From NCBI GenBank assembly GCA_965227295.1, contig OZ245742.1, positions 5,344,001 through 5,408,000 of the forward strand: a DNA stretch of 64,000 nucleotides, given 5' to 3'. The notes beneath the pieces were generated by a model. That model was not told where the DNA came from. It worked only from the letters and a program-made list of their open reading frames with translations, and made no database searches. The position numbers and the translations under genes were made by a program. The stretch comes from Leptonemataceae bacterium (GTDB lineage: Bacteria > Spirochaetota > Leptospiria > Leptospirales > Leptonemataceae). Positions 21,727-31,444 of this stretch are shown here, piece after piece (within the stretch, counting starts at the first letter, position 1; each line of letters starts with the position of its first letter).

Positions 21727-23373
21727 ATGACGGACCCGGACGTTATACAGGAGCAGAAACCCGAGGTTTTTTCTGACATTCTGAAGAAAGCCAATGTCGG
21801 CCTTCTTCTGTATGACGGCCGGCGGCGACTTCTCTACGCCAACCAGTTCATGTTCGAACTGACGGGATATGCCCCGTCGGAAATCCTCGAAACCGGCTTC
21901 TTCGAACTTGTTCTCGATAGCGATGAAGAAGTCGAAAGTTATCGCGAAAAGCTGGATCTCACCGACCGCGAACCTCCATACGATTTTGATCTTGCCATTC
22001 AAAAGAAGGGCGGCGAGAAGATCGATCTCAACATCACCACTTCCCTTTTCGAAAACGAGGTCGATCCGTACCTCCTGCTGATCGTTCAGAACATTACGAA
22101 TCGCAAGGCCTTCGAACGCGTCATCGTCTCCAGTTTCGATAAGTTCATTCAGACCACCATTGAACTGGACACGGCGCTCAAGAAGATCCGCGATCAGAGC
22201 CGCGTCCTCGAAAACTACAAGGACAAGATCCAGAACGAACTCATGATCGCCAGCAGCGTCCAGCGCGCGATCATCCCGCAGCAGTTTCCGTCGACGGACA
22301 CCCTCGACATGTACGGCGTTTCGTTGCCGTGCAGCGAACTGGGCGGCGACTATCTCGACATCTTTCGCCTGGAACGCAATCGCCTGGGCATTCTGCTTGC
22401 CGACGTCTCCGGCCACGGCGTCCACGCGGCTTTGATCTCCGCCATGGCCAAGGTCTACTTCGTGAACTACAGCCGGCTCTACGCCGATCCGGCTCACGTC
22501 CTCGCGCGTGTGAACGCGGACCTGGGTAAGATCTTCAAGGGCACCGGCTTTTATTTGAGTGCCGTCTACAGCGTACTCGACCTCGATACCATGTCCATTC
22601 GCACGGCGACGGCCGGCCACGAGAACCCGGTCTGTTACATGGGCCAGAGCGGCGAACTCGTGCGCATCGGCAATCTGGACGGCGGCGCCATCCTGGGCAG
22701 CCTCGGCCCCTCGGAAGTCTACTACAAGTCCGCTACGAACCAGTTGGAGATCGGCTCCACGGTCGTCTATTACACCGACGGCATTCCCGAGGCGCGCAAC
22801 AAACGCCAGGAGTTCTACGGCGAGGAACGCCTGGAAACCTTTCTGAAAGAGAACTACTATCTCTCGGCCCAGGAGTTCGCGGACAAGATCCTCGAAGACA
22901 CGGACCGTTTTTATGAAGGCGCCGAACCCAACGACGATCGCACGTTGATCGTGTTGCACGTGACGAAGATGCCCACGGTCACTGCCGCGAAGGATCGCAT
23001 GGATTACATCCGCGAACACTTCAACACCGGCCAGGGTCTGCTGGACCGCAGCAAGTACGAAGACGCCATCGAAGAATTCGAAAAGATCCTCAGCCTGGAT
23101 CCGGAGTCTTTTCGCGCGCATCATTTCCTGGGACGTTCACTCTCCGGCCTCAAACGTTTCGAGGAGGCCGAGGATCATTTCCGCCAGGTCGTCGAGCTCA
23201 ACCCGGACTACTACCAGGGCTACTATCAGCTCGGCATCGTGCTTTACAACCAGGGCAAGTATCGCCACGCACATCGGGTCTGGACGACGTTACGCGAAAA
23301 GGCCGGCGAGTTCAAGAAAGTCAACGACTACCTGGCCATGGTGAACGCGCGCCTGAACGGTAACGGCGACTGA
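21727..23373 (+). CDS. PAS - PP2C (SpoIIE/RsbU) phosphatase - TPR protein
   Basis: PAS (YANQFMFELTGY); PP2C motifs GGDYLD, ADVSGHG, YTDGI and NDDRT; C-terminal TPR repeats. Confidence 0.9.
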   Translation: MTDPDVIQEQKPEVFSDILKKANVGLLLYDGRRRLLYANQFMFELTGYAPSEILETGFFELVLDSDEEVESYREKLDLTDREPPYDFDLAIQKKGGEKIDLNITTSLFENEVDPYLLLIVQNITNRKAFERVIVSSFDKFIQTTIELDTALKKIRDQSRVLENYKDKIQNELMIASSVQRAIIPQQFPSTDTLDMYGVSLPCSELGGDYLDIFRLERNRLGILLADVSGHGVHAALISAMAKVYFVNYSRLYADPAHVLARVNADLGKIFKGTGFYLSAVYSVLDLDTMSIRTATAGHENPVCYMGQSGELVRIGNLDGGAILGSLGPSEVYYKSATNQLEIGSTVVYYTDGIPEARNKRQEFYGEERLETFLKENYYLSAQEFADKILEDTDRFYEGAEPNDDRTLIVLHVTKMPTVTAAKDRMDYIREHFNTGQGLLDRSKYEDAIEEFEKILSLDPESFRAHHFLGRSLSGLKRFEEAEDHFRQVVELNPDYYQGYYQLGIVLYNQGKYRHAHRVWTTLREKAGEFKKVNDYLAMVNARLNGNGD

Positions 23374-23473
23374 ACGGCAAATTTTGCCTGTACCGCTGAT
23401 CGCACGTGCGAACACGTCGGATCATGCGGATCCTTCGTTATTGTTTGCGCGTCACGGCACGCGTTCGATGAAG

Positions 23474-24214
23474 TTACGAAACATCATACTCAAAACCTAC
23501 TACGCCCACGTCCCGGGCCCGCAACGCCAGCGCTCCCGCGTATCCCGGTGCCGGGTCCAGATCCAATAACGTCCACTCGTCCTCGCGGAACTCCGGCTTC
23601 GCGAACCGCACGAAGCGCGCCTCCCGCTCCGGATGCAGCTCCACCTCGAATTCGTCGAGGGGTTGATTCAGTCCCAGGCCGATCGCTTTGATGAACGCCT
23701 CTTTGCGAGACCAGGCGAGAAAGAAACCGCGCACACGCAACGCGTCCGGTAGCGCCTTCCAGGTATCGAATTCCCCGGGCGCGAACTGCATGCGGGCAAT
23801 GTCGGTCATGGAATTCGGATCGCCGAAGTCACGCTCGCGCTCCACGTCCACGCCCAGTTCCTGCGCCGCCACGGCCAACAGGGCCAGCTCCGCGGAGTGA
23901 CTGAGATTGAAAGACAGGGCCCCATCGTCGAGATAGGGCTTGTCGTACTCGCCCGTACGAAAGCTGAGTTCCCGCGGATCGCGGCCCAGATAACCACCCA
24001 GGATACGTCGCTTCGCGGCGTGCGAAACGATGTAACTGCGGCGGTCGCGCTCGAAGACAAAGGCGTCGGCCTTGCGCCGTTCGGCGTCGTTTAGATCCTC
24101 GCGTATGAGTCCCGCATCGCCGCGAGCCAGATCGATCTTCCACACGTGCACGCCGGCCCCCAACTTCGCACGCAGGCTTGCGAATGATTCTTGCGGCGGA
24201 GCGTTCCAGAGCAT
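23474..24214 (-). CDS. 4'-phosphopantetheinyl transferase (Sfp type)
   Basis: KP, FNLSHS, LGVDVE, WSRKEAFIKAIGLGL. Confidence 0.93.
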   Translation of the reverse strand: MLWNAPPQESFASLRAKLGAGVHVWKIDLARGDAGLIREDLNDAERRKADAFVFERDRRSYIVSHAAKRRILGGYLGRDPRELSFRTGEYDKPYLDDGALSFNLSHSAELALLAVAAQELGVDVERERDFGDPNSMTDIARMQFAPGEFDTWKALPDALRVRGFFLAWSRKEAFIKAIGLGLNQPLDEFEVELHPEREARFVRFAKPEFREDEWTLLDLDPAPGYAGALALRARDVGVVGFEYDVS

Positions 24215-24506
24215 ACTTTCGCGACGGCACTTCTCCGTTTGCCGAAGAATCGAAATGTGCCGATAATTATAGAAGAAATAGGATTGACCGTAGATGGGGA
24301 GGCCCGGAAGCTGGCAATTACCCTCTCTACTGTACTGAACTACTCAGTATCCCCGATCAACGTATATTCCCCTGATTTCAAACAAAAATTATAATCAGGT
24401 ATAGTTTCGTTTAAAGCCCGGCGTTGCCGGCCGCCGCCGCAAGCGTGCGTTGTTTGCATCTTCGCCCCTGGCGCAGATGATCCATTACAGAGGAACGGTT
24501 AAGAGC

Positions 24507-27269
24507 ATGTCACAACAGGTTACGGATAACGAAGTCAAGAATCCCATCGCCGAAAAAGCGATTCAACAGATCAACGAAGAGAAACTCGTCAAGGATCTGA
24601 GTAACCTCCAACTGAGCCGCCTGAAGGCTTTCGATGAACTCGCGGAAGAAATCCACGGCGGCGGTGATGCCGGCAAGGACAGCCGCGCCCTGCTGGAAGA
24701 AAACCTGAAGGAATCTCCGTCCTCTCTCGTTTCGCGCTACGTCCTCGGCAGTCTGGACATCCTCGAACAGGGCGAGGACGCCGAGGGTCGCATGCGGTCC
24801 CTGCTCTCCGAGTTTCAGAAGAGCGGCAAGTGGACCCTGGTCGATCACCTGGCCGACAAAATCCTGGAGGTCGACGACAAGAACCGCCACGCCCTGCGCG
24901 CCAAAGTCGAATCCACCGAACGCCTGAAGGGCAAAAAGGAACTGCGCCCGTACCTCGAACGCCTGGCGCGCATCGACCGCAAGAATCCCGACATCGTTAA
25001 GAAATACGCCCTCTCGATTCTGGAAGAGGAACCCGAGCAGGCCCTCCAGTACTTAAAGCAGGCCGGCGAAACCTACGCCCGCCTCAAGGACTACAAAAAC
25101 CTCGAGGAAATCTGGAACCTCATCGTCGAACACGATCACAACGATCTTCCGTTCTTCGAACGCCTCGAACGGATCATGGTGGGCAACCGCGAACGCACGC
25201 GCGTCGCCGCCTACCTCGTAACGCTGGTGGAACCGTTCAAGGCCGAGGAAAACTGGCCCGCGGTCATCACCATCTTAAAGAAAATCCTCGAATACGAACC
25301 CACGTCTTCCCGCGCCCGCTCGGACCTGGTTCGCGCCTATCGTGCGCAGTACGAGAACCACAGCCTGCTCGCCGAGTTCCTCAAGATGTCGGATCTCACG
25401 AACCACAAGAAGGCCGTGGGTCCGTGCATCGCCTCGTTCGAACGCAACATAGTCTTCGACAAAGACAACTACGTCTACCACCGCACCCGCGGCGTGGGCA
25501 AGATCCAGGAGATCGATAAGGACCAGGTCATCGTGGACTTCCGCGATAATCCCGGCCAGCGCATGTCGATTCAGATGGCCATCTCTTCGCTGCAACCGCT
25601 CATGGAAGATCACATCTGGGTGCGCTACTACGAAAATCCCGACGAAGTGAAAGAGATGTTCGAACAGGACGTCCCGCTCTTCTTCGAAACACTGCTCTCT
25701 TCTTTTAAACATAAGATGGTCATCGCCGAGATCAAAGTGGAGATCGTGCCGCGCTTTCTCGAAGCGAGCGCCTGGTCGCGCTGGTGGTCCAAGGCGCGGA
25801 CCCAGTTAAAGAAAGACCCGAAGTTCGGTTTCAACCCGCGCAAGAAGGACGAACTCGTCCTCCGCGAAACTCCGATGACGCTCTCCGAAGAAATGTCCCT
25901 GCGTTTCCAGAGCACCAACGACTGGAACAAACGCCTGGACATCGCGCTGGATACCCTCAAGGACTCCGATACCGAAGGCGCGGCCGAACTCTGCGTGCAG
26001 TTCTACCGCGAGAACGAAACGAACAAAGACGCGCTCAAGCAACTGCATTCGTATCTATTCCTGGAACTCGCCGGCCAGGCCATGGGCGAAGACATTACCG
26101 GGCGCAAGTTAAAGAAAGCCCACGTCCAGGACGTCTTCAAAAAGGCCGACGCGAAAGAACTGGTGCGCTGGTGCGCCGAAACGCCCATCGTGGAGTTCAA
26201 GCGTGAGATGGTGAATCTCATCATCCACAACCGCGAAGACTACACCGAAATCCTGAAAGAAATCCTCTTCGAGGTGCCCATCAAGATCAACCGTTACGTA
26301 CTGAACGAGCTGAACCGTCTGGGCCAACACGAAACCCTCGCCGCCTTCCTCAAACGCACGTTTCAGAAGTACCGCGACTACCCGGAAATCTTCCTGTGGG
26401 CCGCGAAGTCGATTCTCGGCGGCACGTGGACTCACGAATGGATCACCCAATCGAAAGAAGAAGTGATGCTGCGTGTCTTCCGTCTCCTGAAGCCGCTCGT
26501 GAACATCGAGAAGAAAGGCACGCGCCAGAAGAACAGTGCGCTGGAAACGATCTTCGGCTCCACGAACATTACCGTGGAAGGCCTCATGGAAAACGAGACC
26601 CTCGTCGAAATCGTGAAGAACGCCGACGGCTCGACCCTGCGCCGCATGTACGCCCTCTTCCGCGAGGTCCCGTACGCGGCGGACGCGCACAAAGAAAACT
26701 TCCTGGCGTTCATTCAGGAATTGCACCCGGACTTTTCGATGGAGAGCGCCGAGGACGCCGACGACGACTACGAGGACGAAGAAGAGGAAGACCTCTTTCC
26801 GCCGGCGGACGTCATTCTCGTTTCGCCCATGGCCCTGGAAAAACGCCGCGCGTATCTCGATCACCTGATCAACGTCGAAATGCCTTCGAACTCCCGCGAC
26901 ATCGGCGAGGCCCAGGAGAAAGGGGACTTGCGCGAGAACGCCGAATACAAGGCGGCCATGGAGAAACAATCCCAGCTCCAGGCGGAAATCAAAAACGTCA
27001 GCGAAGAAATCAAGAAGGCCCGGGCCCTGCGCAAAGACGAAATCCGCGACGACGTCGTTTCCATCGGCGTGCGCGTGGAACTGAAAAACCAGTCCGGTGA
27101 GGACCTGGCCTATACGATCCTCGGCCCCTGGGACGCGGACACGGAGAAGATGATCATCTCCTACGCATCGCCCCTGGCCCAGGCGCTCATCGGCAAGAAA
27201 GCCGGTGAAGAAGCGAAACTCGAAGACGGCCAGACGTTCAAAATCGAAAGCTTCGCGCCGTTCTTATAA
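24507..27269 (+). CDS. greA: Transcription elongation factor GreA with large N-terminal extension
   Basis: C-terminal GDLRENAEYKAA and YTILGPWDAD..ISYASPLAQALIGKK; ~750 aa helical N-terminus. Confidence 0.92.
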   Translation: MSQQVTDNEVKNPIAEKAIQQINEEKLVKDLSNLQLSRLKAFDELAEEIHGGGDAGKDSRALLEENLKESPSSLVSRYVLGSLDILEQGEDAEGRMRSLLSEFQKSGKWTLVDHLADKILEVDDKNRHALRAKVESTERLKGKKELRPYLERLARIDRKNPDIVKKYALSILEEEPEQALQYLKQAGETYARLKDYKNLEEIWNLIVEHDHNDLPFFERLERIMVGNRERTRVAAYLVTLVEPFKAEENWPAVITILKKILEYEPTSSRARSDLVRAYRAQYENHSLLAEFLKMSDLTNHKKAVGPCIASFERNIVFDKDNYVYHRTRGVGKIQEIDKDQVIVDFRDNPGQRMSIQMAISSLQPLMEDHIWVRYYENPDEVKEMFEQDVPLFFETLLSSFKHKMVIAEIKVEIVPRFLEASAWSRWWSKARTQLKKDPKFGFNPRKKDELVLRETPMTLSEEMSLRFQSTNDWNKRLDIALDTLKDSDTEGAAELCVQFYRENETNKDALKQLHSYLFLELAGQAMGEDITGRKLKKAHVQDVFKKADAKELVRWCAETPIVEFKREMVNLIIHNREDYTEILKEILFEVPIKINRYVLNELNRLGQHETLAAFLKRTFQKYRDYPEIFLWAAKSILGGTWTHEWITQSKEEVMLRVFRLLKPLVNIEKKGTRQKNSALETIFGSTNITVEGLMENETLVEIVKNADGSTLRRMYALFREVPYAADAHKENFLAFIQELHPDFSMESAEDADDDYEDEEEEDLFPPADVILVSPMALEKRRAYLDHLINVEMPSNSRDIGEAQEKGDLRENAEYKAAMEKQSQLQAEIKNVSEEIKKARALRKDEIRDDVVSIGVRVELKNQSGEDLAYTILGPWDADTEKMIISYASPLAQALIGKKAGEEAKLEDGQTFKIESFAPFL

Positions 27270-27315
27270 TTCGGGCCCCCGAATCAAAAGGGCGAATGCC
27301 GGGTAATTCTTTTTT

Positions 27316-27433
27316 GGGCGCCCCCGCCGCCTTCGGCGGCGGTCGGGCTGCTCCGGGCTCGCTATTCGCTCGTTCCTCCGCGCGTTGCGCTACGGAATTG
27401 CGCCTTCGGCGCAACCCTGCGCATCCCTGGCGC
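27316..27433. repeat. Dispersed structured non-coding element, copy 2
   Basis: GGGCGCC-[CCGCCGCC/GGCGGCGG]-TCGGGCTGCTCCGGGCTC...GCATCCCTGGCGC. Confidence 0.8.
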
Positions 27434-27515
27434 GAAGAACGAAGTCCCGCCAACTCTCATCTTTTGCTGGACAAACCGATAAACTCTTTAGATTATCAGG
27501 TCCGGTTCGCAAACG

Positions 27516-29303
27516 ATGCGTAACATCCTTTCCACAAACATTACGTCTCCCCTCTTCCGCTCGGTGACCTCGGTGTCTCGGTGGTTGATCTTTCTTTCCC
27601 TCACGGCACTCACGATACCGGCCTACGCTCAGTTCGGCGGCCTGCTCGATAACGTCACAAAGTCCGCCGAGGACAGCGTGAAGGCGTCGGCGAAGTCCCT
27701 CGAAGATTCCGCGAAGAAAACCGTCGAAGACACGCAAAAGCAACTCGAGGACAGCGCCAACAAGGCCGTCGACGACGCGAAAAAACAGGTCGAGGCCACG
27801 CAAAAGCAACTCGAAGACCAGGCCAACAAGGCCGTGAACGACGCGAAGAAGCAGGTCGACGACGCGCAAAAGAATCTGGAACGCCAGGTCCAGGAGACGC
27901 AGCAGCGCGCCATCAACGCGGCGACGCAACCGTTGAACGACGCCACCCGCAGCGTCAACGAAAGTATCCAGAAGAACACCCGCGGCCTGGTGCCCGGCGT
28001 GCGTCTGGATACCGGCAACTCCGGCAATCAGTCGCAGCCGGCGGCGAGTACAAACAGCAATCAAACTCAGCCGACCGGCAATGCGGACAATCGCTCCACC
28101 GCCGCAGGCAACAAGCGCGGCAATTCTCGAACGACGGACGATTCCGGTACGGTGCGCGGTGACAATCGTCGTCCGACTTCCACGCGCAGCACCGGCAGTA
28201 ACTCCGGCGGCAACGCGGGCAACAGCACTGCTGCCGAAACGGAAACAGAAACGGCCACCGAAACCGACGAACCGATCGATGCCACGGGTTTCGGTGACGC
28301 CGACGTCGCCGGCTTCGTAGATCCGATCATCCGCCGGTCCATGCAGCGCCACAATACGCCGGGCAGCGTCGTCTGCCTGGTGCAAAACGGACGCGTCTAC
28401 TTTTTGCGCGGCTACGGCTACGCCGACGTGGCGGATCGGGTGCAGGCGGATCCGTGGCGCTTGCGTTTTCCGGTGGGACAGATCTCGTCGGTCTTCACCG
28501 CGGCGGCGATCCTGCAGTCCCGGGACCGCGGACTCCTGGAACTGAACACCCCCGCGCGCTACTATCTGCGCGAGACGCTGCCGCGCTACGACGGTCGGCG
28601 CATCACCATAGAACATCTCCTGGAACGGCGTACCGGCTTCGCCCCGCTCCGGGACAACGGCGGCGTGGAAAACCGCAATCTGCTTAAGTCACTTTCAGAC
28701 TATGTTTACGAGCGGCGCCCGCGTTTGAACTCCCGGGACACCGGCCCGTCGGACTACGAGATCGGCGTTCTGGGCTACATCCTGGAACGCAAATACCAGA
28801 GCAGCTTTGCCGATCACATGCGCCGCTCGTTTCTTTATCCCCTGGGCATGCGCAACAGCACGTTCGACCACCTGGAGGACGACGATCGCACGGCGAAGTC
28901 TTATCGTTTCAGCAACGGGAGCTACACGAAACTACCGGAACTCTACTACTCTCCCGCCCCGGCCCTCGGTCTGCGCACCAGCGCCGGCGACATGGCGCGC
29001 TTCATGGCCATGCTGCTCGACGACGGCCTGCTCGGAACGGTGCGCATCCTCAATCCCGACAGCATCCGACGCATGCTGCCGCCGTCCGAGGCGGGTACCG
29101 AACGGCGCTTCGCCTACGGCCTCGAACCCTTCCAGCGCGGCCGGGCCCGCGGCTACATCCGCCGCGGTTCGCTGAGCGGTTACGCCGCGGTGATGGTCCT
29201 GTTGCCGGAACGCAAGGCGGGCATCTTCATCGCCCAGAACAACTACGCCCCGGACATGTACGAAACAGTGATGCGCTCGGTCATCGACGAATTCTTCCAG
29301 TAA
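27516..29303 (+). CDS. Secreted beta-lactamase-fold protein with degenerate active site and LEA-like N-terminal repeats
   Basis: Signal peptide (AYA-Q), 11/22-aa repeats, low-complexity linker. The C-terminal fold motifs GYGYAD, ITIEHLL and PLGMRNS are present, but QISS replaces SxxK. Confidence 0.8.
   Translation: MRNILSTNITSPLFRSVTSVSRWLIFLSLTALTIPAYAQFGGLLDNVTKSAEDSVKASAKSLEDSAKKTVEDTQKQLEDSANKAVDDAKKQVEATQKQLEDQANKAVNDAKKQVDDAQKNLERQVQETQQRAINAATQPLNDATRSVNESIQKNTRGLVPGVRLDTGNSGNQSQPAASTNSNQTQPTGNADNRSTAAGNKRGNSRTTDDSGTVRGDNRRPTSTRSTGSNSGGNAGNSTAAETETETATETDEPIDATGFGDADVAGFVDPIIRRSMQRHNTPGSVVCLVQNGRVYFLRGYGYADVADRVQADPWRLRFPVGQISSVFTAAAILQSRDRGLLELNTPARYYLRETLPRYDGRRITIEHLLERRTGFAPLRDNGGVENRNLLKSLSDYVYERRPRLNSRDTGPSDYEIGVLGYILERKYQSSFADHMRRSFLYPLGMRNSTFDHLEDDDRTAKSYRFSNGSYTKLPELYYSPAPALGLRTSAGDMARFMAMLLDDGLLGTVRILNPDSIRRMLPPSEAGTERRFAYGLEPFQRGRARGYIRRGSLSGYAAVMVLLPERKAGIFIAQNNYAPDMYETVMRSVIDEFFQ
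27731..27880 (+). repeat. 66-bp coding tandem repeat (~2.3 units)
   Basis: cacgcaaaagcaactcga at 27731 and 27797; partial third unit at 27863. Confidence 0.85.
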
Positions 29304-29430
29304 GAACAGTCTTTCGCCGCGAAAATTCCACTTACCGGAACGCCTGCGACAAACCGGCCAATCATATAAATCAAAACACGAACGATCACACTATTTTGCT
29401 TTCTCGTTCTTCCCCCGGAGTCAGCATGAC

Positions 29431-31413
29431 ATGGTGAAGTACTTCGCTGCTCTTGTGATCACTGCGGCCGCCCTGCTCGGAGCCTCCTGCCGCCAGGACA
29501 CTTCCTGCCTGGCCATCGACATTGAATGCAATCCGTTCCTGGGCCTCGCCTGGTCTTACATTCCCCCGCCGGTCATTGGAGACCCGGCCCCGGTTTACGC
29601 GAACGCAACGAACATCAACGATTACATCAGCAACGACGGCACCGGACCGACGACGGCCACGGGAACTGCGTGCAACACCGGCGGCAACGGCTACAACGCC
29701 TGCCTGCACGGCGCCTTCCTGCGCACCGCCGCCATCGCGAGAGCGGTTTCGTGCACGGGGCTCACCATCGCCGATGATCGCAACGTCCTGGAGTGGGTCT
29801 GCGACGACAGCGCCGGAGTCGTCCGGGCCGTATCCCTCGGATTAAAACCGGGCGTCGGACTCGCGGACCTCATCGACTTCAATACCCTTAGCTTTCATCC
29901 GCTGCAAATTACGCTTTCGCAAAACGGCACCGCCGTTTCGACGAGCGACAGCAGCGTGTTCTGGATGAATCCCATCGTCGTCGACAACGACGGCATCGGC
30001 TTCGGCCAGGCATCAAGCGGCACCATCAACGTCGTCACCCAGTCCACGAACGCGCTCTACGCCCTGGACGTGGAGCGCGCGGCCCTGGTCATGCAACCGG
30101 GATTCACCATGTCCGGCACCGTGGCCGGCAGTGAAACGATCATCCAGGCCGCGGCGGCGAATCATCTCTGGGTGGAAGTCAGCGTCGACCTGACCGGCGA
30201 CACCACGGGCATTCTGTTCAGCGCCACGAATTTTTCGGTGCTGCGCAACAGCTCCGTAAAGAACTGCACCGCCGGCCTGAACGTTACGCAGTTCACCAAC
30301 TCCGCGCGCAGCAACTACATCAGCGGCCTGCGCATTGCCGAGCCCGGTAACTGTAGCTCGGTTCAACTGGACAGCGGCGCGACCTACAACACCTTCGAAC
30401 GCATTGTCGTCGGCAACGGCAACACCCTGCTCGCTCGCCTCCAATCGCCGGCACCGTTCAACAGCTTCATCGATTTCACCGGCTTCGCCGCCGGCGGCAA
30501 CCCCGTGACCAACATCGGCGGCAACGATCTGGTCCTGGTCAATGCGACCCTGGCCGCGTCCGGCAGCCGGGGCTACGTGGCCACCGCACCGACGCACCTG
30601 GTCCTCCAGAACGTGGCGACTACGAACCACGCCTTTCACGGCGTCGAGTCCAGCAGTCCCGGTAACAATACCGTGGTAAACCTGGCCTCGGCGAACAACA
30701 CCCAGCTTGGCATAAACCTGAACACGTCATCCAACAATCAGTTTCGCGGCGTTCTGAAAACAGGCAACAATCTCGGCGGCCCCTGCGGAGTCGCCGGCGG
30801 CACGGCGCCGGGCCTCATCAGTCTCACGTGCACGGACAGCGGCGCGGACGGTTCCAGCAGTTACACCGGACAGAACTCCGACGCCGTCTTTACGAGCACG
30901 CTCGATTTTAGCAGCGGCGTATTCATCGGTCGCGTTACGAGCGACGACGCCGCGAACACCCAGGACGGGAACGGCCTCTTGCTCTGGGACTCGCTCACGG
31001 ACTTCCTGACGTTCGATAACCGCTACCGCGCCTGGGCCCAGGAAACCACGGGCATTACCGACACGAACCTGCGCACGGCGTGTTCCTCGGGATCGAACTG
31101 CCGCATCTACGACTGGTCCTTAAGTTCTTCCGATACACAGTTACGCAACGTAAATGCGATCGTCACGAACAACGGCACGACCACCCATACGTTCAGCGAC
31201 GGCAGCACCGCCACGTTTCTTACGTTCGCCGCCGAAATCCTGGGCGACTCCACCGGCAATGAAAACGGCCTGTGCGAATCGAACGAACGCTGCCTGTATT
31301 CGCCGAACATCGGCTCTTACCAGGGGCATGGCGACGTCAGCGAAGTCGGCACGGTGGCCGCGGACAGCGTCACGAACGTGACGTTGTACCAATACGCTAC
31401 GAACGGAAGATGA
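29431..31413 (+). CDS. Large surface lipoprotein, probable parallel beta-helix
   Basis: Lipobox-like LGASC; Asn/Ser/Thr/Gly-rich repeats (NNTVVNL, SSNNQF); Cys-rich C-terminus (GNENGLCESNERCLYSPNIG). Confidence 0.75.
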   Translation: MVKYFAALVITAAALLGASCRQDTSCLAIDIECNPFLGLAWSYIPPPVIGDPAPVYANATNINDYISNDGTGPTTATGTACNTGGNGYNACLHGAFLRTAAIARAVSCTGLTIADDRNVLEWVCDDSAGVVRAVSLGLKPGVGLADLIDFNTLSFHPLQITLSQNGTAVSTSDSSVFWMNPIVVDNDGIGFGQASSGTINVVTQSTNALYALDVERAALVMQPGFTMSGTVAGSETIIQAAAANHLWVEVSVDLTGDTTGILFSATNFSVLRNSSVKNCTAGLNVTQFTNSARSNYISGLRIAEPGNCSSVQLDSGATYNTFERIVVGNGNTLLARLQSPAPFNSFIDFTGFAAGGNPVTNIGGNDLVLVNATLAASGSRGYVATAPTHLVLQNVATTNHAFHGVESSSPGNNTVVNLASANNTQLGINLNTSSNNQFRGVLKTGNNLGGPCGVAGGTAPGLISLTCTDSGADGSSSYTGQNSDAVFTSTLDFSSGVFIGRVTSDDAANTQDGNGLLLWDSLTDFLTFDNRYRAWAQETTGITDTNLRTACSSGSNCRIYDWSLSSSDTQLRNVNAIVTNNGTTTHTFSDGSTATFLTFAAEILGDSTGNENGLCESNERCLYSPNIGSYQGHGDVSEVGTVAADSVTNVTLYQYATNGR

Positions 31414-31444
31414 GAGTTTTCGGTACCCGTCCAGATTTCGCCTT

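Noticed and set aside
23474..24214. Secondary-metabolite gene cluster around the PPTase
   Set aside because: No NRPS, PKS or carrier-protein genes are present in the window.
24191..24394. 67-aa ORF in the AT-rich region upstream of greA
   Set aside because: Atypical codon usage, no RBS or motif; more likely a divergent promoter region.
27731..27880. 66-bp repeats as a CRISPR or non-coding array
   Set aside because: They are in frame, vary at synonymous positions and have no spacers, so they are protein-coding repeats.
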